A stretch of 25,640 bases of DNA. It comes from Myxococcales bacterium (lineage in GTDB: Bacteria > Myxococcota > Myxococcia > Myxococcales > Anaeromyxobacteraceae). The stretch covers positions 1 through 25,640 of the forward strand of contig JBBQEB010000043.1 in the NCBI GenBank assembly GCA_038320275.1. Direction: 5' to 3'. The notes under the pieces were generated by a model. The model was not told the DNA's origin and searched no databases. It saw nothing but the letters and a program-made list of their open reading frames with translations. The translations under genes and the position numbers were made by a program. Positions 8,618 through 17,150 of the stretch are shown one piece after another; position 1 is the stretch's first letter; each line of letters opens with the position of its first letter.

Positions 8618-9634
8618 GTGCCAAGATGCCTGTGCCAGGAGCCCTGCAGCGTCTGCGGCCTCGACCGCTTCGTGGAGCGCTTCGTACGCTCCGCCGAGCT
8701 CGTCGCCGAGAGCCCCGCCATGCAAGCTGCGCTGCGGCTGCTCCACGACTTCGCGGACACGGACGCGCCGGTGGTCATCCGTGGGGAGACCGGAACCGGC
8801 AAGGAGCTTGCTGCCCGGGCGCTCCACGCCGCCAGCTCGCGCCGCTCTGCGCCGTTCATCGCCGTGAACGTGGCCGCCCTCCCGGCCGAGTTGCTGGAGT
8901 CCGAGCTATTCGGCCACGTGCGCGGCGCGTTCACCGGCGCCGCCACCGACACCCACGGTCTCCTCCAGGCCGCGGACGGCGGGACGCTGCTCCTCGACGA
9001 GATCGGCGACATGCCGCTTCCGCTCCAGGCGAAGCTGCTGCGGGTGCTGGAAGACGGCGAGATCCGCCGCGTGGGCGAGACGCGCCCATTCTCCGTGGAC
9101 GTGCGGCTGGTCTGCGCGACGCACCGGGATCTCGTGCGTGCCGTAGAGGAGGGGCGGTTCCGCGAGGACCTGTTCTACCGCCTGGACGTGCTGTCCTTGG
9201 TCCTGCCGCCACTCCGCGACCGGCCCGAGGACATCCTGCCGCTCGCCGCGCAGTTCCTCGCGAAGGAGCCGCGTCCGGCGAAGCTGGGCGAGGCGGCGCG
9301 GCAGGCGCTCGTGGGCTACGCCTGGCCCGGCAAAGTGCGCCAGTTCGCGAACGCCATGCGGCGGGGGGCCGCGCTCGCCCGCGGAGGCGAGGTCACGCCG
9401 GCGCACCTCCCCGCCGAAGTGCAAAGGCCGGCGCCCCGTGGGTCGCCCGGGGACCTCGGCACCCTCGCACAGGTGGAGCACGACCACGTGTTGCGCGTCC
9501 TGGAGCGCTGCGGCGGATCGCAATCGGAGGCTGCCAGGGTGCTCGGCATCGGGCGGAACACGCTGTGGCGAAAGCTGAAGGGGTACGGGACGGGCGGGCG
9601 CGGCGTCATGACGCAGAGCGAACCGCGCGGATGA
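8618..9634 (+). CDS. Sigma54-dependent transcriptional activator (bEBP, AAA+ and Fis-type HTH) with a short Cys-rich N-terminus
   Basis: [66 protein letters not shown] 8 nt before GTG 8618. Confidence 0.92.
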   Translation: MPRCLCQEPCSVCGLDRFVERFVRSAELVAESPAMQAALRLLHDFADTDAPVVIRGETGTGKELAARALHAASSRRSAPFIAVNVAALPAELLESELFGHVRGAFTGAATDTHGLLQAADGGTLLLDEIGDMPLPLQAKLLRVLEDGEIRRVGETRPFSVDVRLVCATHRDLVRAVEEGRFREDLFYRLDVLSLVLPPLRDRPEDILPLAAQFLAKEPRPAKLGEAARQALVGYAWPGKVRQFANAMRRGAALARGGEVTPAHLPAEVQRPAPRGSPGDLGTLAQVEHDHVLRVLERCGGSQSEAARVLGIGRNTLWRKLKGYGTGGRGVMTQSEPRG

Positions 9635-9673
9635 GCGCACGATGGAAAGAGGGAAGGAACGAGGTGCCGCAAC

Positions 9674-10096
9674 ATGGCCCGAGTTCTCATCGTCGAAGAC
9701 GACGCCGAGTTCTGTGAAAGCCTTCGCGAACTGCTCGAGCTCGAGGGCTGCGACGTGCACGCCGTGGGAGCGCTCTACCTGGCCCTCGAGGCTCTCGCCG
9801 GCCAGGACCTGTTCGACCTCGTCATGCTGGATCTGCTGCTGCCGGATTCACGGCAGCTCCCGGCGGTGAGAGCCGTCCACAGCGCCACCCGCGCGCGGGT
9901 GATCGCCATGACCGCGCTCTCTCCGGACGACGTGCCGCGCGACCTTCCCGTCGAGGCGGTGCTGTACAAACCCTTCGGGCGGGAGGAGCTCCGGCGCTTC
10001 ATCCACCGGCGCGTGCAGCCCGGCCGTCCGACGAACGAGCCCGACCACGTCGGCTCCGCCGCGGAGCCTTTGAGCCCGGAGCCGGGCGCTTCCTGA
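9674..10096 (+). CDS. Single-domain response regulator (receiver only)
   Basis: RVLIVEDD, DLVMLDLLLPD (phospho-Asp), VIAMTA, LYKPF; SD GAGG. Confidence 0.85.
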   Translation: MARVLIVEDDAEFCESLRELLELEGCDVHAVGALYLALEALAGQDLFDLVMLDLLLPDSRQLPAVRAVHSATRARVIAMTALSPDDVPRDLPVEAVLYKPFGREELRRFIHRRVQPGRPTNEPDHVGSAAEPLSPEPGAS

Positions 10097-10116
10097 CTCG
10101 AGCAGGCTGTCTTGGT

Positions 10117-10371
10117 TCAGACTCCCGCCCACCACTCGTACCCGCGGTTCTCCCAGTAGCCGCCGGTCCGCATGGGGAGGAAGCTCAACTCGGACACGTA
10201 CTTCACCATCTTGTAGCCGAGCTTCATGGAGCCGAAGCGGCGCGCCGTACTCCTGAGGCCGAGAAAGCCCTCCTTCGGGCGGGCGCTGTCGCAGGCGAGG
10301 CCCGCCGCCGCGAGCGCCGCGATCGAGCGGCCCCCACCGGCGAGCAACCTCCGGCGCGAGATCCGGATCAT
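10117..10371 (-). pseudogene. Collapsed molybdopterin-dependent oxidoreductase (sulfite oxidase/MsrP-like family): Tat/lipoprotein N-terminus joined to the extreme C-terminus
   Basis: SRRRLL...AGLAC N-terminus and KLGYKMVKY...GGYWENRGYEWWAGV C-terminus; conserved EYGAPLRL survives in a shifted frame; only 84 codons. Confidence 0.8.
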
Positions 10372-10496
10372 GGCGCCCCCGCGCGCCTTCCACCGATAGT
10401 CATGTCGAGGAGCGTCCGCGGATGGAGCAGTACCTGGACCACGTGTACGACCGTGAAGAGCGCCAGCGCGGCGAGCACGCCCAGGGCGTGAAGCCT
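10368..10496 (-). pseudogene. C-terminal remnant of a cytochrome b-type membrane subunit
   Basis: Manual translation RLHALGVLAALALFTVVHVVQVLLHPRTLLDMTIGGRRAGAP*: His-helix-His and M-T-x-G ending; stop overlaps the oxidoreductase start (ATGA); no start codon of its own. Confidence 0.65.
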
Positions 10497-11366
10497 CTAC
10501 TTGGTTCCGCTCGGCTTCGTTCCCGGGGGCCCACCGCTGCCGCCTCCGGGCTTGCCGCCCCGCCCCGGGCCGGCGCCGCCGCCCGCCCGTCCACCACCGC
10601 CCGGCCGTCCACCGCCACCGCCCCCGCGACCACCCTTCCGGTCGTCGCGGAGCGAGTCCATGGAAAATCCACCGGTGGTGCCGCCCTTCGGATCGCCCTT
10701 CCCGCTGCCGCCGCCACCGCCACGTCCCCCGCCGCCGCCTCGCGGTCCGGCGCCGCGCTTCTTGTCGGGAGAGCGTATCGACTGCGTCATGTTGGAGGGG
10801 TTGAGGTCCACCAGATACTGGAAACCGTTCAGGCTGACCGCGCCATGAATGCTCTCCTCCGGGCCGAATACGCGAACGAGCCGGACGTCGGCGATGCGCC
10901 CACCGACCGCTTTCACGGCGTCCCGCACCCGGGCCAGCCGATCGCCGGAGAGGCCCGTGGCATTCGCCACCGCCAGGTCGATGGCTGCCTTCTCCTCTTC
11001 AGTCTCGCCGCCGGTCTCCGCGCGGGCCTCGGCTCTGGCTGGCGCGGGCACCTCCTCGCCGCCGCCCGATGGCTCCTCGGTGACGACGGCCTCCAGTGCC
11101 GCCTCGCCCTCGACCGCCCCCTCGGCGGGAGCTGCCTGCGCATCGCCCAGCCCCAGGCTCTCCACGGCGGCCTCGCTCTGCATGAGCGCCTCCGGCTGCA
11201 CCTCGTCGCCAGGGGCCAGGGCGGCGCTCGCCTCGCTTGCCTCGGGGGCCTTCTCCGAGGGCGCCTCGCGCTTCGGCAGGGACTTCCTGGCGCCCTCCTC
11301 GGCACGGGAGGCCATGCGCACGACGGTTCCGCTCAGCTCGGTCAGGGTCTTCATGGGAGACGCCAT
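10497..11366 (-). CDS. Hypothetical protein: acidic Ala/Glu N-region, ~75-aa folded core, Gly/Arg-rich tail
   Basis: Long ORF with GC3-biased codons and coherent composition; non-overlapping with neighbours. Confidence 0.7.
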   Translation of the reverse strand: MASPMKTLTELSGTVVRMASRAEEGARKSLPKREAPSEKAPEASEASAALAPGDEVQPEALMQSEAAVESLGLGDAQAAPAEGAVEGEAALEAVVTEEPSGGGEEVPAPARAEARAETGGETEEEKAAIDLAVANATGLSGDRLARVRDAVKAVGGRIADVRLVRVFGPEESIHGAVSLNGFQYLVDLNPSNMTQSIRSPDKKRGAGPRGGGGGRGGGGGSGKGDPKGGTTGGFSMDSLRDDRKGGRGGGGGGRPGGGGRAGGGAGPGRGGKPGGGSGGPPGTKPSGTK

Positions 11367-11466
11367 ATACCCCGTTCCGCCTTCCGGCGCGCTGCCCGCG
11401 TTGGGCGTCTCCCGCTCCCCCCGCCCGCTCGCCTCGAAGCAGCCGTCACGCGGCCGCGGAGAGACT

Positions 11467-11745
11467 TCACGTTCGGGCGAGCATCTCCAGCGCCACCCCG
11501 AGCATGCGCACCAGGAGCTCCTCCGCGCCCTTCGCCCCGAGCTTGCGGTAGATGTCCTTGCGGCGGCAGCGGACGGTCTCGGGCGCGAGCCCTGCCTCCT
11601 GCGCAGAGCCCTTGCAGTCGAGCCCTTGCGCGATGCGGCGCAGCTCCGCGCGCTCGGCCGGAGTGAGCTGCGCGCCCTCCGCCACGCGCGAGGTGACGGG
11701 GACGAGCACGTCGAGGAGAAAGCGCGGGTCGAGCTCGGTGGCCAT
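11467..11745 (-). CDS. Stand-alone LuxR/GerE-type HTH regulator (92 aa)
   Basis: LTPAERAELRRIAQGL..K..A...GLAPETVR..RKDIYRKLG matches the LuxR HTH pattern. Confidence 0.8.
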   Translation of the reverse strand: MATELDPRFLLDVLVPVTSRVAEGAQLTPAERAELRRIAQGLDCKGSAQEAGLAPETVRCRRKDIYRKLGAKGAEELLVRMLGVALEMLART

Positions 11746-11750
11746 CGCCG

Positions 11751-11870
11751 CTACCGCTGGTGCTCGCTCGTGACGGTCGCGCCGCCGAGCCCCAGGCCGG
11801 CGAGGGCCGGCGCGGAGGCCAGGAGCAACGCTGCGCAGGTCGAGAAGGTGAGCCGAGCGAGATGGATCAT
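11751..11870 (-). CDS. 39-aa small ORF consisting of a signal peptide plus a 15-residue tail
   Basis: MIHLARLTFSTCAALLLASAPALA|GLGLGGATVTSEHQR; SD GGAG upstream; stop 5 nt before the LuxR ATG. Confidence 0.45.
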   Translation of the reverse strand: MIHLARLTFSTCAALLLASAPALAGLGLGGATVTSEHQR

Positions 11871-11949
11871 GGAGACTCTCCGTGCGTGAGGGCGGTTCCT
11901 TAGCCAGCCCCGCGGACATTCGCTTGGAGGGATCGCGGGGAGGTGGTAC

Positions 11950-12195
11950 ATGAGCCCACTTGGCGATATCCGCGGAATTCGGTGGGTGGACGGTGGCGAC
12001 GGGGGGCGCGAGATGATGGCTTCGACTTCACGAGACGCGCGCGCGTCGCTCTTCACCCGCACCGCGGAGTTCACGCCGAGCGAGCTGCCGCTGACCGACC
12101 CGGAGCCGACCGAGGCCGAGCTGCCCCGGGCCATCGGTCAGGCGTCGGCCCGCATCCGCGAAGCGCTGCGCCGCTGGCTCGACGAGGAGCTGTGA
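11950..12195 (+). CDS. Small hypothetical protein (81 aa; may start at 12013)
   Basis: Strong SD GGAGGT 6 nt before ATG; GC3-rich codons; amphipathic C-terminus RIREALRRWLDEEL; converges on the next gene's stop. Confidence 0.65.
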   Translation: MSPLGDIRGIRWVDGGDGGREMMASTSRDARASLFTRTAEFTPSELPLTDPEPTEAELPRAIGQASARIREALRRWLDEEL

Positions 12196-12202
12196 CGCTT
12201 CG

Positions 12203-13261
12203 CTAAGGGCCGGCGGCGGTCTCGTCGCGGCGGTACTCGCTCTCCTCCCGCTCCAGCGCATCTTCCATGTCCTCTGGGGCATGGAGGATGCGCGCCAGCT
12301 TGACGTGGCGTGAGAAGAGGAACGCGAGCCCGAAGGCCGTCTGCTGCACGAGTTGCACGAGCCAGAGCACGTTGGCGAAGGCGAAGGCGCGGTCGCCCGC
12401 GCCGCGGAAGAAGAGCGACAGCCCGCCCGCCACCGCAGCCTGGAACGTGCCCACCATGCCGGGGCCGGCGGGGATCATCACCCCCACCACCAGCACGCTC
12501 AGCACCGTGAAGGCCTGCACCAGGCCGAGCTCGAAGCCGAAGCTCTTCGCGAGCACGCCGATGCCCCAGCCGTTCAGGAACCAGTAGGCGACTGTGAGCA
12601 GGAAGAACAGCGCGACCTTGCGTCGCGAGGGCACGAGGCGCAGCCCGTGGATGAAGGCGTCCATCATGCTGGCTGCGCGATCCGCCAGCCGCGGCGAGAC
12701 GGGATCGACCAGTCGGTGCGTGAGGCGGACGGCGCGGCCGCGATTCTTGTATGCGAGGACGAGGAAGCCGAGCAGCGCGGCGAAGGCAGCGAACACCACC
12801 ACCCCCGCGGCGCGGAACGCCTGAAGCCCGCGCGTGCCCTCGGGCACCGCCAGCAAGGTCAGCACCAGCAAGACCGCCATGAACAGGCCGTCGGTGACGC
12901 GCTCCACCACCACCGACGACAGGGCGGCCGAGACGCGGATCTTGGGGCGCTCGGCCACGAGGTAGGGCCGCGCGAACTCGCCCAGCCGGAAAGGCAGGAG
13001 CACGAGCGCCATGAAGCCCACCGAGGCGATGGCGTTCAGCTTCGCGAACGGGACCTTCGCGACCGGCTCGAGGAGCAAGCCCCAGCGGTAGGTCCGCACC
13101 AGGTGGATGACGGTGAGGATGAGGAGGTACGGCCACACGTATCGGTAGTCGGCGCGCAGCATCTCCGACCAGATGAGCCCGAGGTTCTTGCCGCGCAGCG
13201 CGAGCGCAAAGGCCCCGCCGGAGATGCCGAGGCCTGCCAGCGTCTGGAGGAGCCGCTTCAC
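12203..13261 (-). CDS. Lysylphosphatidylglycerol synthase TM-domain (flippase-like, UPF0104) membrane protein
   Basis: RTYRWGLLL, LLPFRLGEFARP, SSVVVERVTDG, IPAGPGMVGTFQ; many TM helices; alternative start 13279. Confidence 0.88.
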   Translation of the reverse strand: MKRLLQTLAGLGISGGAFALALRGKNLGLIWSEMLRADYRYVWPYLLILTVIHLVRTYRWGLLLEPVAKVPFAKLNAIASVGFMALVLLPFRLGEFARPYLVAERPKIRVSAALSSVVVERVTDGLFMAVLLVLTLLAVPEGTRGLQAFRAAGVVVFAAFAALLGFLVLAYKNRGRAVRLTHRLVDPVSPRLADRAASMMDAFIHGLRLVPSRRKVALFFLLTVAYWFLNGWGIGVLAKSFGFELGLVQAFTVLSVLVVGVMIPAGPGMVGTFQAAVAGGLSLFFRGAGDRAFAFANVLWLVQLVQQTAFGLAFLFSRHVKLARILHAPEDMEDALEREESEYRRDETAAGP

Positions 13262-13275
13262 GGCGCCGGGTTGTA

Positions 13276-14217
13276 TCACGCCGCGCGGTGGCGGGGACCT
13301 TCGCCGCGGGCAACGCGGGCAATCTCCGCGAGCACCATGCGCGTCATCGCGGTGCGCGTCTCGCGGCTCCCGGAACCGAGATGCGGCGTGAGCACCACGT
13401 TGGGAAGGTGGATCAGCTCCTCGGGCACGTGCGGCTCGTCGTCGAAGACGTCGAGCCCGGCCGCGGCGAGCCGGCCGCTCGCGAGCGCCTCGGCCAGCGC
13501 GGCAGGATCCACCACGCCGCCGCGGGCAGTGTTGACGAGGATGGCGCCGCGCTTCATGCCGGCCAGCCGCTCGCGCGATACGAGGTGGTGCGTGGCCGGC
13601 GTCAGCGGGACGTGCAGGGAGACGAAGTCGCTCTCCCGCAGCAACTCCTCGAGCTCCACCCGACGCGCGCCGGGGAGGTCGGACGGTCGCGGGCTCGTGT
13701 AGAGCACGGACATGTCGAACCCAGCCGCGCGCCGCGCCACCGCCTGACCGATGCGCCCGAAGCCGACGATCCCGAGCGTCTTCCCGGTGATCTCGGTGCC
13801 GAGCAGCCAGCCGGGATCGAGGATCGTCCAGCCGCCGGCCCGGATGATCCGGTCGCCCTCCGCCACCCGCCGGGCCGCGCCGAGGAGGAGCGCCATGGCG
13901 TGGTCGGCGGTGGCGTTCGTCACGACGCCTGGCGTGTGGGTGACGAGCACGCCCCGGGCGCGGCACGCCTCGAGGTCCACGTGATTCACCCCCACGCCGT
14001 AGGATGCGACGTGCCTCACGATGGGCAGCGCGTCCAGCAGCGCGCCATCCACCGGGTCGAGGTAGGTGAGCGCCAGCACGGCCGCGCCCCGCGCCTGGGT
14101 GATGAGGTCGTCCCGCGGGGGTGGCGAGGATGAGCCGCCGCGCACCTCGAAGAGCCCCTCCACCTCTTCCATGGGCGCGGGAGGGAGCGCGCGGACGAAA
14201 TAGGCGACGGGCTTCAC
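13276..14217 (-). CDS. D-2-hydroxyacid dehydrogenase (glyoxylate reductase / D-glycerate dehydrogenase family)
   Basis: GIVGFGRIG, SDFVSLHVPLT, LVNTARGGVVD, GLDVFDDEP, LTPHLGS. Confidence 0.92.
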   Translation of the reverse strand: MKPVAYFVRALPPAPMEEVEGLFEVRGGSSSPPPRDDLITQARGAAVLALTYLDPVDGALLDALPIVRHVASYGVGVNHVDLEACRARGVLVTHTPGVVTNATADHAMALLLGAARRVAEGDRIIRAGGWTILDPGWLLGTEITGKTLGIVGFGRIGQAVARRAAGFDMSVLYTSPRPSDLPGARRVELEELLRESDFVSLHVPLTPATHHLVSRERLAGMKRGAILVNTARGGVVDPAALAEALASGRLAAAGLDVFDDEPHVPEELIHLPNVVLTPHLGSGSRETRTAMTRMVLAEIARVARGEGPRHRAA

Positions 14218-14417
14218 GTAGGGTCGCCTTCGGTGGGCTCGCTCGCGGGGTCGGCACCCGCCTCACCGTCGCCCACCTTCGGGCCCGGCACCCGGTAGTC
14301 CTCCGAGAACCACTTCCCCAAATCGAGGAGCTTGCAGCGATCCGAGCAGAATGGAGAGGCGCGGTTCCCGGGCCTCGGCGCCGCGGGTTTCCGGCAGGTG
14401 GGGCAGGTGCGCGTCAT
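14214..14417 (-). CDS. yacG: DNA gyrase inhibitor YacG
   Basis: CPTC...PFCSDRCKLLDLGKWFSEDYRVP. Confidence 0.92.
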   Translation of the reverse strand: MTRTCPTCRKPAAPRPGNRASPFCSDRCKLLDLGKWFSEDYRVPGPKVGDGEAGADPASEPTEGDPT

Positions 14418-14513
14418 GGGCGATCCCGGAGCCTATGCGGCAAAGCGTGATTCAAACAGGGCTCCACATCCGCGGCGGAGGCGCGAAGCGTGGGGAGGGC
14501 GCGGCACTCCTCT

Positions 14514-15056
14514 TCAAGCCCGGGGACAGCTCGCCGGGGCCTCTGCGAGCAGCGGCGCCAGCGCACTCTCGAGGACCTCGCGCTCGACCGCGCCCGCGAA
14601 GACGTTCCGGACCTTCCCGTTCACGTCGATGAGGAAGGTGCGCGGATAGCCAGGGATGCGGAAGGCGTCGCCGGCCACTCCCCGCTCGTCGAGAAGGACC
14701 GGATAGTTGATGCCCAGCCGGCGCGCGGCAGCGATCACGTCGTCGCGCCCGCCCGACTCCTCCGCCACGCCCAGCAGCTCGAAGCAGCGGCCCCGGTGAG
14801 CCTCGTACACGCGGGCCAGGTCGGGGATCTCCTGTCGGCACGGACCGCACCACGTCGCCCAGAAGTTCACCGCCACCACCTTGCCGCGCAGCCCAGCCAG
14901 GGAGACATCCCGGCCCGTCGTGTCGCGCAGCGCGAGCGGGGGGGCGTCAGCGCCGGCGGGCGGGGCGGCCGGAGCGGGGGCGTGCAGCCGCTCGTACATG
15001 CGGCCCACGGCGAGGGCGAGGAGGGCGACGACGGCGAGCTTGAGGGCGGTCCGCAC
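14514..15056 (-). CDS. TlpA/ResA-family thiol:disulfide oxidoreductase
   Basis: N-terminal anchor, GKVVAVNFWATWCGPCRQEIP, YPRTFLID. Confidence 0.92.
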   Translation of the reverse strand: MRTALKLAVVALLALAVGRMYERLHAPAPAAPPAGADAPPLALRDTTGRDVSLAGLRGKVVAVNFWATWCGPCRQEIPDLARVYEAHRGRCFELLGVAEESGGRDDVIAAARRLGINYPVLLDERGVAGDAFRIPGYPRTFLIDVNGKVRNVFAGAVEREVLESALAPLLAEAPASCPRA

Positions 15057-15133
15057 GGGAAGGAGTATAGCCGATGAAGGTTTGTGAATTCGCCACCGGG
15101 GGGGTGGCCCGGCGATTAGGATTCGCCTGCCCG

Positions 15134-16405
15134 ATGCGCTCCCCTGCCCTCGCCATCGCGATCCCCATCGCGCTCGCGCTCGCCGCCTGCAACCGCCAAC
15201 CGAAGGCCGCCTACCGCACCGACGTCGTCTCGAAAGGGGCCATCTCGGAGGTGGTCTCGGCCACCGGCGACGTGTCGGCAGTGGTGACGGTGAACGTGGG
15301 ATCCCAGATCTCCGGCACCATCGCGAAGCTCCACGTCGACTTCAACAGCCCGGTGAAGAAGGGACAGGTGCTGGCCGAGATCGACCCGCGGCTGTTCAAC
15401 GCCGCGCTGGGCCGGGCCGTGGCGGGGCTCGCCGCTGCCCGGGCCGACGTGGTGAAGTCGCGGGTGGCCCTGGCCGACGCGCAGCGGATCGAGCGGCGCA
15501 CCGCCGAGCTCGCGAAGGGCAAGCTCATCGCCCAGGCCGACCTCGACACCGCTGCGGCGAACCGCGAAGGCGCAGCGGCTGGCCTGGTAGGCGCGGAGGC
15601 GCGCGTGCTCCAGGCCCAGGCCGACCGGGACACCGCCGCCACCAACGTCGCCCTCTGCAAGATCCTGAGCCCCATCGATGGGGTCGTCATCTCGCGCTCC
15701 ATCGACGTGGGCCAGACGGTGGCTGCGAGCCTGCAAGCGCCGACGCTCTTCCTCATCGCGAACGACCTCACCCAGATGCAGATCCTCGCCAACGTGGACG
15801 AGGCGGACGTGGGCAAGGTGAAGGACGGGCTCACCGCCCGCTTCAGCGTGGACGCCTTCCCGGGCGAGCCGTTCGAGGGGCGGATCCGCGAGGTGCGCCA
15901 GTCGCCCAGCACCATCCAGAACGTCGTCACCTACGCCGCGGTCATCGAGGCGCCGAACCCGGAGCGCAAGCTGCGCCAAGGGATGACGGCCTCGGTGACC
16001 ATCGTCACGAACCAGCGGAATGACGCGCTGCGCGTCCCCAACGCGGCCCTGCGCTTCCGGCCCGCGAGCGAGGGGGAGGCGCCCGCGACGGGCGGTGCCC
16101 CGGGCCGAGGCAGCCGTCCTTCCGCAGGCGCTGCGACAGCCGGTGGATCCGGGACGAGAGGCCTGGCGCGTGGAGGCGCGGGGCCGGGCGCTGCCGGCGA
16201 CCGCAAGGGGGCGCGGCGCGGGCGCGTGTACAAGCTCGAGGGAGGGGTGGCCAAGGGCGTCGACATCCAGGTGGGGATCTCGGACGGGCGCCAGACCGAG
16301 GTGTTGAGCGGCCTCGCGGAGGGGGATGTGGTCATCGTCGGCGACGCGGCGGCCCCAGGCACCGCCGGCGCACCTCAGGGCGGTCCGCGGCGTGGCCTCT
16401 TCTAG
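15134..16405 (+). CDS. Periplasmic adaptor (MacA-like membrane fusion protein), lipoprotein
   Basis: LAAC lipobox, VGSQISGTI, SPIDGVVISR..DVGQTVAASLQAPTLF, VDEADVG, VPNAALRF. Confidence 0.92.
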   Translation: MRSPALAIAIPIALALAACNRQPKAAYRTDVVSKGAISEVVSATGDVSAVVTVNVGSQISGTIAKLHVDFNSPVKKGQVLAEIDPRLFNAALGRAVAGLAAARADVVKSRVALADAQRIERRTAELAKGKLIAQADLDTAAANREGAAAGLVGAEARVLQAQADRDTAATNVALCKILSPIDGVVISRSIDVGQTVAASLQAPTLFLIANDLTQMQILANVDEADVGKVKDGLTARFSVDAFPGEPFEGRIREVRQSPSTIQNVVTYAAVIEAPNPERKLRQGMTASVTIVTNQRNDALRVPNAALRFRPASEGEAPATGGAPGRGSRPSAGAATAGGSGTRGLARGGAGPGAAGDRKGARRGRVYKLEGGVAKGVDIQVGISDGRQTEVLSGLAEGDVVIVGDAAAPGTAGAPQGGPRRGLF

Positions 16406-17150
16406 CCCGGCGGGCGCAGCGGTCGGCTTCCCGGTGGTGCGCGCGCTCGCCATCGAGAAGGTCTACCGCATGGGCGACGTGAGCGTGCACGCGTTGAACG
16501 GCGTCACGCTCGACCTCGCGCCGGGGGAGTTCGCGGCCATCATGGGCGCCTCGGGCTCCGGGAAGAGCACCTTCATGAACGTGGTGGGCTGCCTCGACCG
16601 GCCCACGAGGGGCACCTACCTGCTCGACGGCGAGGACGTTGGAAAGCTCTCGCGCGACGCTCTTGCCCGCGCCCGCGGCCGCGCCATCGGCTTCGTCTTC
16701 CAGGGCTTCAACCTCCTGCCGCGCACGAGCGCGCTCGAGAACGTCGAGCTGCCCATGCTGTACCAGGGGGTCCAGACCAAGGAGCGCCACGCCCGCGCCG
16801 CCGAGGCGCTCGCGCGCGTGGGGCTGGGCGACCGACTCGACCACACCCCCGCCCAGCTCTCCGGCGGCCAGCAGCAGCGGGTGGCCGTCGCGCGCGCCCT
16901 GGTGAACCGCCCGAAGCTCCTCCTCGCGGACGAGCCCACCGGCAATCTCGATTCGCAGACCAGCATCGAAATGATGAACATATTTCAGGCGCTCAACGAC
17001 GAGGGGCTCACCGTGCTCCTCGTCACCCACGAGCCGGACATCGCCGAGCACGCGCGGAGGATCGTGACGTTCAAGGACGGCCACATCCTCTCGGACGTCC
17101 CGGTGGCGAAGCGGCGGCTGGCGCGCGCTTTCGCCGAGGCCTCGCCATGA
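16392..17150 (+). CDS. ABC transporter ATP-binding protein (MacB/LolD-like)
   Basis: [33 protein letters not shown]; start uncertain (16392 or 16434). Confidence 0.92.
   Translation: MASSSPAGAAVGFPVVRALAIEKVYRMGDVSVHALNGVTLDLAPGEFAAIMGASGSGKSTFMNVVGCLDRPTRGTYLLDGEDVGKLSRDALARARGRAIGFVFQGFNLLPRTSALENVELPMLYQGVQTKERHARAAEALARVGLGDRLDHTPAQLSGGQQQRVAVARALVNRPKLLLADEPTGNLDSQTSIEMMNIFQALNDEGLTVLLVTHEPDIAEHARRIVTFKDGHILSDVPVAKRRLARAFAEASP

Noticed and set aside
10368..10499. TAG stop followed in frame by 43 more codons, suggesting amber readthrough
   Set aside because: The extension looks like an unrelated cytochrome b C-terminus; an in-frame junction has a 1-in-3 chance and no recoding machinery is visible.
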